This document shows positions 45,599-55,262 of a stretch of 64,000 nt of DNA, one piece after another. The stretch is from an uncultured delta proteobacterium (GTDB taxonomy: Bacteria > Desulfobacterota > Binatia > UBA9968). The stretch is taken from NCBI GenBank assembly GCA_963737905.1, contig CAVTUQ010000025.1:64001-128000 (forward strand), read 5' to 3'. Under the pieces are notes generated by a model. The model did not search any database, was not told the DNA's origin, and saw only the letters and a list, made by a program, of their open reading frames with translations. Numbering within the stretch: position 1 is the first letter of the stretch; every line of letters begins with the position of its first letter. Made by a program: the position numbers and the translations under genes.

Positions 45599-47371
45599 AT
45601 GTCGCTTGTCGACCCCATAACTTTGCAAGTCATTCAGGCGCGGCTGGCCGGCATCGTCCAGGAGATGCAGAACTCGTTGTTCCGCACCGGCTACTCAACT
45701 ATTATTAGAGAATCCCAAGACGCGAGTTGCGCGATTTTGAACACCGCCGGTGAAGTGGTGGCGCAGCACGTCGTGCTGCCGCTCCACATGGGCGCATTTC
45801 CAGCCTGCGCTGCGGCTATCCTGAAAGCTTACCCAGCAGCCGAAATCAAACCAGGCGACGCCTTCATCACCAACCACCCCTATCTGGGCGGCAGCCCGCA
45901 CGCACCGGACATGGGCGTGCTCACGCCGATCTTCTACCGGGGCGATTGGGTGGGATTCGCGGCGAACATGGCTCATAAGAGCGATATCGGTGGAACCGTA
46001 CCTGGCAGTGGCTCGGGCAACGCGCGAGAGATTTTTCAGGAAGGGCTTCACTTGCCTCCAGTAAAGTTCGTGTCGGAGCTCCAGCCGGTCAAAGAGATCG
46101 AAGCCATGATCACGGCCAACAGCCGTACTCCGGCACTGGTCATCGGTGATTTGCGGGGTCAGGTCGGCGCCGCGCGCCTGGGGGAACGACGAATTGCTGA
46201 GCTGATGGACCGTTACGGCGAAGAAACGGTGCGCCAATCGACAGAGCTATTATCCATCTACACGGAAAACCGCGTGCGTCAGACCCTTGCCTCATGGGCC
46301 GACGGCGAGTCGGAAGGAGAGAGCTTCGTCGATCACGACGGCATCGATCTTGACCGGCCGATCCGTGTGCATGTGAAGATCGGGAAAATAGGAAATCGAA
46401 TCCACTTCGACTTTAGCGGCTGCAGCGATCAGACAACGGGTCCGGCAAACATTCGACCCCCGCTGGTGCGGGCCGCTTGCGCCTATTGCTTGGTCACCCT
46501 GGTTGACCGCTTCCTGCCCATCAACCAAGGGTTGGCACGCGTGATTGAAGCGACGTTTCGTGAAGGCAGTGTCGTTAACCCGCACTTTCCCGCGGCCGTC
46601 AATACCTACATGCCAACGGCGCTCACCGTAGCGGAGGCGATTTTCAGGGGCCTGGCTCCCTTCGTTCCAGAGAAGCGAATCGCCGGAGGCTCCGGCAGTG
46701 CGGCTTTGGTTTTAGGCGGGCACGACACCAACAGCAACCGGGCCTATGTGCACTATGAAATCTTTAGCGGCGGCACCGGGGCCCGCTCCGGCAAAGACGG
46801 TGTGTCAGCAACCGCTTTTCATCTGAGCAACTGCAAGACCGCGCCCATCGAAATTATCGAATCGGAATTCCCCACCCGGGTGGAACGCTTCGAAATGATT
46901 CCAGACTCGGGCGGGCCAGGCCGATGGCGCGGCGGCTTGGGTTTCGCCCGCGACTATCGAATTCTGGCGGATGAAGTGCGCTTCTCTATGCGCACGGACA
47001 AACATGCGATCGCACCCTGGGGCAGCGACAACGGCAGTGCCGGGGGTAAGGGTTCCTGCGTTATCAATCCAGGGGCTTCGAACGCAAAACGGCTTCCCTC
47101 TCGTTTTGGCGATCACCGCCTGCAAAGAGGCGATCTGCTGCGCCTCGAGCGCCCCGGCGGCGGGGGGCTCGGTCATCCTCTGGAGCGTCCGGTGGAAAGT
47201 GTCTTTGAGGATGTCCGGCAGGGCTATGTATCCATTGAGCGCGCAGGATCGGATTACGCGGTCGTGGTGGAGCTGGTCGATGGCGAGCCGATGCTGAATC
47301 TTCCTCAAACTCGAATTTTACGAGGAGAAAAGCAAAAAAATACTGGCAAATATGACTCGCCTCTGCTATAA
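45599..47371 (+). CDS. Hydantoinase B/oxoprolinase subunit (copy 2)
   Basis: Same motifs; tandem paralogue of copy 1. Confidence 0.95.
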   Translation: MSLVDPITLQVIQARLAGIVQEMQNSLFRTGYSTIIRESQDASCAILNTAGEVVAQHVVLPLHMGAFPACAAAILKAYPAAEIKPGDAFITNHPYLGGSPHAPDMGVLTPIFYRGDWVGFAANMAHKSDIGGTVPGSGSGNAREIFQEGLHLPPVKFVSELQPVKEIEAMITANSRTPALVIGDLRGQVGAARLGERRIAELMDRYGEETVRQSTELLSIYTENRVRQTLASWADGESEGESFVDHDGIDLDRPIRVHVKIGKIGNRIHFDFSGCSDQTTGPANIRPPLVRAACAYCLVTLVDRFLPINQGLARVIEATFREGSVVNPHFPAAVNTYMPTALTVAEAIFRGLAPFVPEKRIAGGSGSAALVLGGHDTNSNRAYVHYEIFSGGTGARSGKDGVSATAFHLSNCKTAPIEIIESEFPTRVERFEMIPDSGGPGRWRGGLGFARDYRILADEVRFSMRTDKHAIAPWGSDNGSAGGKGSCVINPGASNAKRLPSRFGDHRLQRGDLLRLERPGGGGLGHPLERPVESVFEDVRQGYVSIERAGSDYAVVVELVDGEPMLNLPQTRILRGEKQKNTGKYDSPLL

Positions 47372-47406
47372 CACCGCTAACGAATTTACTTCCTGAAGGA
47401 GGAACA

Positions 47407-47676
47407 ATGGCAACGAAGAAAAAACGCAAACCGAATGCAGCTTTCATGAAACCGGTACAACCCGATGCCGCTCTGAGCGCTGTCGTCGGTGCCAAAGCAA
47501 TCCCGCGGACCGAGGTGACCAAGAAGCTGTGGGCTTACATCAAAAAGAACAGCCTCCAGGACAAGAAGAAAAAGACCAACATCAACGCCGACGACAAACT
47601 CAAAGTTGTCTTCGGCGGGAAGAAAACGGTCACCATGTTTGAAATGACCAAGTTGGTCAGCAGACACGTAAAGTAA
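47407..47676 (+). CDS. Stand-alone SWIB/MDM2-domain protein
   Basis: AFMKPVQP..AL..VVG...PRTEVTKKLWAYIKKNSLQD...INADDKL; AGGAGG RBS. Confidence 0.92.
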   Translation: MATKKKRKPNAAFMKPVQPDAALSAVVGAKAIPRTEVTKKLWAYIKKNSLQDKKKKTNINADDKLKVVFGGKKTVTMFEMTKLVSRHVK

Positions 47677-47711
47677 GAACCCTTTTCCTTTTCGTTCCGT
47701 GCAAAAGACAG

Positions 47712-47750
47712 CCAAGGCTATCGGGTGCTCGATAGCCTTGGAGTTTCTTT
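47712..47750. terminator. Intrinsic terminator between convergent genes
   Basis: ccaaggctatcg-ggtgct-cgatagccttgg followed by a T-rich tract. Confidence 0.8.
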
Positions 47751-47840
47751 AATTCTCCTCAGGCGACAAGCGATATAGAGTCTGGCGGAGCGGCGTGTTT
47801 GTGTGTCCTCTTGGCTGCTGCGCTGGGCTCCAGCTAGTTT

Positions 47841-48974
47841 TTACTTCGTCTTCCCCTGCGCCAACGCTTTCTCGACGATGTCTTGGATCGGCGCCATGTC
47901 CATAAACTCCGGCTTGTCCACCAGTATATATTTGACGCCGTCGACGCGCCGCACTTCGCGGCGCACCATGTCCTTGGGGATATCGGTGCGCAGCGACTCC
48001 TCGGAATTGTTCGGCGTGTTGGCGGCGCGCTGAAGCGCCGTCTGACCTTCGCGCGAGAGCAACCAGTTGACGAACACGCGCGCGGCGTTCGGGTGCGGCG
48101 GCTCGGTCGGTAATGCTATAGAACCCATGTTGCCCGCGGAAATCGCCCGGCTCTCTTTCCACATCGCGGTGCGAAATTCATCGACGGCTAGGCCTTGAGC
48201 TTTGACTTTCAGGATTTCGGAGCAAAAAAAGCAGATGGCAAATTTCCCGTTCGCCAGCCAATCCGTCGCTTGACGGATTTCTCGAGTTAACGTCACATCC
48301 ATCTCTCCATAGAGGCGCCGGATGAACTCGGCGCCCAACTCCGGCGTGTGGTAATACATCCGCAGACCGATGCGTTGGCTGCCGGAAATCTTCGGATCGC
48401 GCGAGAGAATTTTGCCTTTCCACTTGGGTTGTAAAAAATCCCAGTAAGAACGAATCTCACCCGCTTCCACCAACTTGGTATGGTACGAAACATACTCGCC
48501 GACGTTGCCGAGATAGAGGAAGATAGATCGGTTCTCCGGGTCGACGTACTGATGCTGGCCGAGCCACCACTTGGTCTCATCGATGACCTCGGGAAGTATC
48601 AACGCCGCGCGCACGCTGTCCAAGATTTTGCCGCGATAAAAAACTTCATAGGCCGTCGTCACTCCGCTGATATAAACGTCGACGAGATACTTGCCCGCGC
48701 GCCGCTCCGCCATGATGCGCGGCGCGAGCGTATTGCCGCGCCCGAGGGTCGTAACGACGTTGATCTCGGGATACTTTTTCTGAAACAACTGCGCGACGTT
48801 ACCGAGCTCGCCCTCACCTTGAAAAAGATAAAGACTGAGGCCGCCTTCTTTTTTCGCTGCCTGGACCGAACGGTCCCATTCGGCTTGCCAGTTGGGTTTG
48901 GACTCGGCGCCAGCGCGACCGAGCAAGCTAAGAAATGCTAGCCCAACAAGTAAAAGCCTATAGGGCCGAATCAT
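47841..48974 (-). CDS. ABC extracellular solute-binding protein
   Basis: Paralogue of 31422; AERRAGKYLVDV, PHPNAARVFVNWLLSREGQ. Confidence 0.88.
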   Translation of the reverse strand: MIRPYRLLLVGLAFLSLLGRAGAESKPNWQAEWDRSVQAAKKEGGLSLYLFQGEGELGNVAQLFQKKYPEINVVTTLGRGNTLAPRIMAERRAGKYLVDVYISGVTTAYEVFYRGKILDSVRAALILPEVIDETKWWLGQHQYVDPENRSIFLYLGNVGEYVSYHTKLVEAGEIRSYWDFLQPKWKGKILSRDPKISGSQRIGLRMYYHTPELGAEFIRRLYGEMDVTLTREIRQATDWLANGKFAICFFCSEILKVKAQGLAVDEFRTAMWKESRAISAGNMGSIALPTEPPHPNAARVFVNWLLSREGQTALQRAANTPNNSEESLRTDIPKDMVRREVRRVDGVKYILVDKPEFMDMAPIQDIVEKALAQGKTK

Positions 48975-48999
48975 GGAACCTCCGAGTTAGTTCACGGTT

Positions 49000-50184
49000 C
49001 TAACCTCGGACCGCAAGCGGGTCGGGCGGCACGTGATATCTCACTGAACCGGCCTTGCCGGCGTGCAGCGAATCGTCCATCTTCGTATCGATGATCGCAT
49101 GATCCGGATCACGCATAACATTCATCGGGTCTAAGTTTTGCGCGACTTTGTCGATTTCGCGCCTGAGCATTTCGCGATACATCACCACGCCGCGATCTGA
49201 ACCGGCGAGCCGTTCACGAGTGCGATCGAGTATCGGCCCTTGGGTTTCCCACGCCATAAAATCTTGGGCATCCACGTCATCGAGGCGAAATTTCGTGAAG
49301 GGATGAAGGGCGTCGAGTGGGTTCTTGAAAGGCTTGCGGTAGTTGATCGGAACGTCGTCTTTGTTCTCACGCGGCTCCGCCGAGTCCGGGACGAAGTGGA
49401 CGTAAACGATCCAGGTATGGGTGTCGTCGATGGGCACGCGAATCTGCGTGCGATTGGCTTGCCGCAAGACGGTCGGGAATAACAGCGGATGCTCCTCCAC
49501 TTTCCCATCCTTGAAAACGCGCCGCTTAAGAATACCGTGAGCAAATTCTTCGAGCTCGAATTTCTCGAGATTGTCGATGGTTCCCCGCGTCGTGCTTTGG
49601 ACTTTGAAGCCGTCGGTGACAAGCTCTTGATGGAGAATATGCAGATGGGCCGTATCGACGGAATTTTCCATCGCTTGTAACCAGTTGCAGTCGAGCTGCG
49701 GCAATGCGCGCAGCCAGTGCCAACCATCCGTGCGCGCCCAGACATCGTATTTTGGAATGACCGGGGCGGGCTCGGGTCCGAGATAGGCCCAGTAGAGTCC
49801 GGCTAATTTTTGCACCGGATAGGCTTTGTGTTTCACGGTTCGACAAAAATTGCTCTCCGCCGGCTCTGCCGGTGTTTCCAGACAGTTGCCTTTCGTATCG
49901 TAGAGCCAGCCATGGTACGCGCAGGCGATGCCGCGCTCTTCGACTCGGCCATAGGAGAGCGAAGCACCGCGGTGCGAACAACGATCGTGCAGCAACCCGA
50001 CTTCACCCTTCGTCGTCTGGAACAGCACCAAATCCTCGCTGAGGATACGGATAAACTTCGTCGGACTGTCCGGCGTCAAGTCCGCCGCGATTGCAACCGG
50101 ATGCCAGTAGCGGCGCAGCAATTCGCCCGCCGGCGTCCCCGGACCGACGCGAGTCAACATCTCATTTTCTTCCGCAGTCAGCAT
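49000..50184 (-). CDS. Rieske oxygenase, phthalate 4,5-dioxygenase-like
   Basis: MLTAEENEMLTRVGPGTPAGELLRRYW, CSHRG...CAYH, ENSVDTAHLHILH, QD...ETQG. Confidence 0.9.
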   Translation of the reverse strand: MLTAEENEMLTRVGPGTPAGELLRRYWHPVAIAADLTPDSPTKFIRILSEDLVLFQTTKGEVGLLHDRCSHRGASLSYGRVEERGIACAYHGWLYDTKGNCLETPAEPAESNFCRTVKHKAYPVQKLAGLYWAYLGPEPAPVIPKYDVWARTDGWHWLRALPQLDCNWLQAMENSVDTAHLHILHQELVTDGFKVQSTTRGTIDNLEKFELEEFAHGILKRRVFKDGKVEEHPLLFPTVLRQANRTQIRVPIDDTHTWIVYVHFVPDSAEPRENKDDVPINYRKPFKNPLDALHPFTKFRLDDVDAQDFMAWETQGPILDRTRERLAGSDRGVVMYREMLRREIDKVAQNLDPMNVMRDPDHAIIDTKMDDSLHAGKAGSVRYHVPPDPLAVRG

Positions 50185-50275
50185 CCTGAACTCCTTCTCG
50201 AAGACACGCGGAAACGCCCAACAACTTACCCGGCATCTTCGATCTTCGATTCTCTAGCTTCGATCCTCGACATTT

Positions 50276-51463
50276 CTACTCCGGGCTCGGAACCTGATGT
50301 GAGAGAAAAATCTCTTTGCGCTGATTTGCCGACTCGAGCATTGCCAAGCACACCTCCAACGTCGCCTCACCCCAGCGGCCGTCGTGAAACACGGGACGAC
50401 CGTGCACCACAGCGTTATAGAGTTCTTCGACCTCGGCCTCGCGCCCTCTGCTTCCGGGCGGAAGCGTGATTTCTCGCTTATCGCTTTCCCCATAAACAAG
50501 CAACCCGTCCGGGGTTTGACGGATATCGCCTCGTTCGCAGCTTACCAGCGTGAAGCCAAAGAACGGCTGCTTACGATCGCCCGACCAGACATGGCTGAAC
50601 TCGCCCTCGCGCTGCCCGCCGAAACGCATCCCCTCTTTGAGCCGCTCTTCCTCCTCGGCGCTACGCACTTCCCGAAGTTGTCTTCTAACTTTCAGGTTCG
50701 TTTCCGGATCTCGCGGCTGTCCTCCTTCTCCCACCCAACTAAACAACTCCGCACTGTCGAAGAAGCCATAGCCGCTGTAGACCAAGGTCGCCGGTATGCC
50801 GTCCTCGAATTCAAGGTAGCACGTGTAACTTCCTTCATGCCCGCGCGCCTTATCCCAGATGCCCGTCATCGCCCGGAGGCTGCGCACCATGCCGCCGCCG
50901 ATGAGCCTCACGACATCGACGTGATGGGGCCCCTGGTTTAAGACGACGCCGCGGCTCGTGGCAAGCTCATGCTTCATGCGCGGCCGGTACATGAACTCGT
51001 TGTAGTTCCACGTGTTAATCATGCGGAGTTTGCCGAGCTCGCCGCCTTTGACCAGCTCGCGGATCTTGCGCACCGGCGGATCGAAACTGTGGGTGTGCCC
51101 GCATAAGAGGTTGACGCGATTTTTTTCCGCCGCCTCATTCATGGCTTCACATTCGTCGATGGACAGAGCCATGGGCTTTTCCACGATCACGTGCTTTTTG
51201 TGATTGGCGGCGGCGATGGCATGCTGGGCGTGAAGCTGATTCGGTGTCGCCACGTATACCGCGTCGACGTTCGGACTCGCGCACATCGCTTCGACGTTGG
51301 TGAAGGTCTCACCTTGGTACGCTTCCCTGAACTTCGCGAGCGCGTCGTTGCGCGTGTCCGCTGCTGCACTAACTTTGATAAACGGCAACGTTGAAATGGG
51401 CGGCAGGATTTGCGTGCTCGCCACCCCCAGGCCGGCGATGCCAAATCGTAGAACTTCAGCCAC
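50276..51463 (-). CDS. Gfo/Idh/MocA oxidoreductase, phthalate cis-4,5-dihydrodiol dehydrogenase-like
   Basis: GIAGLG, VEKPMA, GHTHSFD, YNEFMYRPR, HDGRWGEATLEVCLA; start set at GTG 51463. Confidence 0.85.
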   Translation of the reverse strand: MAEVLRFGIAGLGVASTQILPPISTLPFIKVSAAADTRNDALAKFREAYQGETFTNVEAMCASPNVDAVYVATPNQLHAQHAIAAANHKKHVIVEKPMALSIDECEAMNEAAEKNRVNLLCGHTHSFDPPVRKIRELVKGGELGKLRMINTWNYNEFMYRPRMKHELATSRGVVLNQGPHHVDVVRLIGGGMVRSLRAMTGIWDKARGHEGSYTCYLEFEDGIPATLVYSGYGFFDSAELFSWVGEGGQPRDPETNLKVRRQLREVRSAEEEERLKEGMRFGGQREGEFSHVWSGDRKQPFFGFTLVSCERGDIRQTPDGLLVYGESDKREITLPPGSRGREAEVEELYNAVVHGRPVFHDGRWGEATLEVCLAMLESANQRKEIFLSHQVPSPE

Positions 51464-51704
51464 TAAATTGCTCCCGAGGGTGATCCCCGCTCGGCCGGAA
51501 TGACGGTTGACTACACGGACATACAACCACCTCTCGTGCCCGGACTTTTACCGGCCAGACAACCCTGTAGGTGCGAACGAAGGCCACGAAGGGGTCGGAT
51601 ATTTTTTTTTCCGGGTCCAGAAAGCCGACCCCTTCAAATTGAAGCCTTGAGTCGTAATGCATTCTGCTACGCACTTCCAATGGCACGATACACGCGCACG
51701 ATTC

Positions 51705-52925
51705 TTATCTCTTCCGCTGTTCCAATGTTTGCTTTATGAATTTCCGGATCGGCTCCATATCCATCCATTCCGCTCGGTCAACAAAAGGGTAGCGGTTGGG
51801 GTCTCCCTCGGGCCTACGGTTGCCCCTCGGCACTTTGTCTTTCGGTATATCGATTCTCAAAGAATCCGGACCATCGTTGCCCTCGGTGAAAATCCTTTGA
51901 TACGCGATCTGCCCCTCTCGCGAAAGTAACCAGTTGAGGCCGACCTTCGCCGCGTTGAGGTGCGGCGCTTTGTTGATCAGCGCCACCCCGCCCGAACCTG
52001 CAGTGATATACGCTCCCTCTTTTAGATGTTCCGGCGCGAACCAGCTCACCGGCAGACCTTGCATCTGCATCACGTCCAGATCCATGCGCGAAATCGGCCC
52101 AAAAATCGATAGCGCAAACTTTCCGCCGGCCAGCCAATCACCCATTTGGCGGGTATCGTTGCTAATAACGATGTCGGTCTCCGTGAGAATCCGCTTGATA
52201 AATTCCGGGCCGAGACTCTTCTGATGATAGAAAAACCGCATGGCGTCACCCGCGCCGCCCAGGGTCGGATCATAGGCAACGATTTTGCCCTTCCACTTGG
52301 GATTGAGCAGATCCCAGTAGGACTTGATCTCGGCCGGATTCACCAGTTTGGTGTTGTAGCCGACGACGATCCGGGTTTCGCCGTTGATATTGAGCAGGTA
52401 TTGACCCTCCGGATCGACGTAATGAAGCTTTCCCTGCCACCATTTTGAGGTGTCGGTCACCTCAGGCAACACCAGCAGCGGCGGGATCGGATCCAGGGCT
52501 TTGGCCTTGTAAAAAACGTTGTAACCGGTGGTCATGCCGTTAACGTAAAGATCGGCCAGATACTTTTCCCCGCGCCGCTCCGCCATGAAACGCTTCGCCA
52601 CATCGGCGCCGCGGCCGAAAACGCCGACGACTTTAATCTCTGGATATTTCTTGTTGAACTCAGCAAAGAGCTTTTCATAATCGGCGCTTCCATAGAGAAC
52701 CAACTGTCCCTCTTTTTTGGCATCCTGGACTGTTTTCTCCCACTCATCTTTCCACTTGGATGCTTCTCCAGCTGAGGCCGCGCTGGCGACCCAAAGAACC
52801 GCAATGAACGCAGCGAATTTGAGATTTTCGATCATAGATCTCCGATTCAACGAGAGCCGCCTGGAACGTTGAGTCCAAAATCGGTTCATATATTTCTCCT
52901 TACGTCCCAAATCCAAAGCCAGCAA
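51705..52925 (-). CDS. ABC extracellular solute-binding protein (start uncertain)
   Basis: Third paralogue; WEKTVQDAKKEG, AERRGEKYLADL. Confidence 0.88.
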   Translation of the reverse strand: MLALDLGRKEKYMNRFWTQRSRRLSLNRRSMIENLKFAAFIAVLWVASAASAGEASKWKDEWEKTVQDAKKEGQLVLYGSADYEKLFAEFNKKYPEIKVVGVFGRGADVAKRFMAERRGEKYLADLYVNGMTTGYNVFYKAKALDPIPPLLVLPEVTDTSKWWQGKLHYVDPEGQYLLNINGETRIVVGYNTKLVNPAEIKSYWDLLNPKWKGKIVAYDPTLGGAGDAMRFFYHQKSLGPEFIKRILTETDIVISNDTRQMGDWLAGGKFALSIFGPISRMDLDVMQMQGLPVSWFAPEHLKEGAYITAGSGGVALINKAPHLNAAKVGLNWLLSREGQIAYQRIFTEGNDGPDSLRIDIPKDKVPRGNRRPEGDPNRYPFVDRAEWMDMEPIRKFIKQTLEQRKR

Positions 52926-53004
52926 TCGCTTTTCTCATGACTCAAATTGTAAACACCGGCGTGCCCATCTTTTTTGGCCGAGAAAATCTCATCGAATAGC
53001 TTGG

Positions 53005-53241
53005 TCACCAGTGCCAGATCCTTCGCATTGGGATCACCGGCGTCGTACCTTTCGCCAACGATAGTCTATCCTTCGATGTAGTCAAGGAGGTGACCTCTGC
53101 CACGCACACTTCCAGTGCCGGCTCGAAATGGGTGGGATCCGGGGATTGGACGAGGCGAAATCCCTCCTGGGGCATCCCGGTGGGCATTATTCCGCTCGGT
53201 TGTCCACCAGGCGGCTGATCCACTGATATAAACTCCGGCAC
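53005..53241 (-). CDS. Hypothetical protein
   Basis: 78-aa ORF filling the intergenic gap; no recognisable motif. Confidence 0.35.
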   Translation of the reverse strand: MPEFISVDQPPGGQPSGIMPTGMPQEGFRLVQSPDPTHFEPALEVCVAEVTSLTTSKDRLSLAKGTTPVIPMRRIWHW

Positions 53242-53283
53242 AGTCTAGACGCTATCTAAGAACGGCTATACAATTCAATTAAT

Positions 53284-53931
53284 ATGATTATCGACTATGT
53301 CCAGGCTCGTGAACGGATGGTACGGGAACAGCTCGTAACCAGAGGGATCAACAACCCTCGCGTACTTCGGGCGATGACTAAAGTGCCACGTCACTTGCTC
53401 CTTGAAAGCGAACTGTGGGACCAGGCGTATGAAGATCATCCGCTGCCCATTGGGGCGAATCAGACCATTTCGCAACCTTATATGGTGGCGCTCATGGCTG
53501 AGGCGCTTGAACTCAAAGGAGCGGAGAGGGTGCTGGAAGTAGGAACCGGCTCGGGTTATGCGGCGGCGGTCCTGAGTCAGTTATGCGCCGAAGTCTTTAC
53601 TGTTGAGTCCGTGGAAGCGCTTGCCTTGAAAGCCCGCATTCTCTTGAGCAGGTTGGGTTACCGGAACGTGTCGGTTCTCGTCGGCGATGGGACCCTTGGT
53701 TGGGAGGAACATGCTCCTTACGACGCAGTTGTCATTTCTGCTGCTGCACCCTGTATTCCTCGACCGCTTCTTGAACAGTTAAAGACACCCGGCCATCTCG
53801 TATTCCCGATGGGCGAGAAAGAGCTTCAAACTCTGGTACGCATTCGCAAAGACAAGACCGGAATTCGAGAAGAATATCTGGGCGAGTGTCACTTCGTAAA
53901 ACTAACGGGACGATATGGGTGGGAAGATTAA
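53284..53931 (+). CDS. pcm: Protein-L-isoaspartate O-methyltransferase
   Basis: VPRH, QTISQPYMVA, VLEVGTGSGY, GDGTLGW...APYD. Confidence 0.95.
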   Translation: MIIDYVQARERMVREQLVTRGINNPRVLRAMTKVPRHLLLESELWDQAYEDHPLPIGANQTISQPYMVALMAEALELKGAERVLEVGTGSGYAAAVLSQLCAEVFTVESVEALALKARILLSRLGYRNVSVLVGDGTLGWEEHAPYDAVVISAAAPCIPRPLLEQLKTPGHLVFPMGEKELQTLVRIRKDKTGIREEYLGECHFVKLTGRYGWED

Positions 53932-54144
53932 CATCGTTGCTTATCCCATGAACTTTGTGCGACGCATTTGAACAATAACTCGCTCCTTCAATCAGGATCG
54001 ACCCTGAGCAAACCCGAACGGCTCGAAGCACCCGGACAGGGGTAATACTCCATGACTCGCTGAGTGAATTTACCGAGGAGTCTCGCATTCGCCACGTTCC
54101 CCCGCTCTATCGTGGGCATTATCCCTATTCTCAAAGCAGGCTTT

Positions 54145-54312
54145 TTATGATCCAGGTCGATAGGTGAATGTTGGTATCGCCGGTTTTTTTGGTTGTTCTT
54201 CCTGCGTTTTCTCTGCGGCCGGTTGAGACGTTTGTGCACGCTGGATCGGGCTTGCACACCCAAGCAGTGACACAAGCACCAGAAGTAAACTAATGCGCGG
54301 AGCTACAGTCAT
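54145..54312 (-). CDS. Small lipoprotein
   Basis: AGGAGG RBS, LLLVLVSLLGC lipobox. Confidence 0.65.
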   Translation of the reverse strand: MTVAPRISLLLVLVSLLGCASPIQRAQTSQPAAEKTQEEQPKKPAIPTFTYRPGS

Positions 54313-54466
54313 TGCTCCACCTCCTTGACTCAACCGATCATAATTGTTCCATCGGAAGGTCAGCGGGCTTCGCTTTTTTCAGGAGCGGTCGAGTACAGGC
54401 TCACCCACTCATTCGTTCTCGAGGGGCAACGGAAGGCGTTGGCCCCGGAGCACTCTCGTGGTTTCT

Positions 54467-54919
54467 CTATCCGCCATGTGCCACGGCAGCCAACGTGGCA
54501 AAAAGAAACATCAAGATCCCCACTGTCGAAGTCAACCAGATCATCCATTTCTCGACCCGCAGTCTCTTTTTTACCTGCTCGAGCGTGATTTCCGCATCGC
54601 CCCAGCGCGCGATAGAAAAGTAGCGCGGCTTTTCTTCGCCGATGATTCCGACGGCCATGGGATCGTCTGTGCGACTCCAGATCTCTATACGGTCAAATGA
54701 CCGTGGCGCCTTTTTTGCCTTCTCTATCTCCGTAATCACCGGGCCAGGAAGGGTCTCGGTATTAAACCGTGAGTAGAGATTTCGTATCTGTCTTCTCATC
54801 GGCAAATATCTGCGCCACACTTCCAGTTCCTCCCCAGACAATTCGGGGTAGGGAATCATCGGCTCACTTGTGCCGCCGAGATCCGTGGCCCTATCATCAT
54901 AATAAGTCTCTATAAACAT
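54467..54919 (-). CDS. Hypothetical protein with a C-terminal TM helix
   Basis: AAGGAGG RBS; DPMAVG...YFSIARWG. Confidence 0.75.
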   Translation of the reverse strand: MFIETYYDDRATDLGGTSEPMIPYPELSGEELEVWRRYLPMRRQIRNLYSRFNTETLPGPVITEIEKAKKAPRSFDRIEIWSRTDDPMAVGIIGEEKPRYFSIARWGDAEITLEQVKKRLRVEKWMIWLTSTVGILMFLFATLAAVAHGG

Positions 54920-54968
54920 AAAACCTCCTTACTATGCGAAAAGTCCTGTATTTGGTCAATTAGCTCTG

Positions 54969-55110
54969 AAATAGAAAAGCCGGTACACTCTTGCGCCACA
55001 ACCACAAGAGCACCGGCTTTATTATCCTCGTCCGAGGAACATCCTTGGTCCCTCTCAACCCAGCCATCCCCCTATCGGAGATGGGGAAGCTCTGTAACCA
55101 AACTGGAACG
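54969..55110 (-). promoter_or_regulatory. Structured 5' leader with an intrinsic terminator; ykkC-like riboswitch candidate
   Basis: Nested stems plus terminator AAAGCCGGTGCTCTTG...CAAGAGTGTACCGGCTTTT, ending about 50 nt before the start codon. Confidence 0.5.
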
Positions 55111-55262
55111 TCTATCAGGATGGTATGGGCTTGCCACCCGTTGACAGTATGGCTTTAGCACCGTGCAAATTGACTGTCAACAATACGAAAGAGATGTATG
55201 CAATGACAAGGCTGGCCCGTCGGAGAAACGCGAGAATTAATAGAGAAATACAGGTGAGACAG

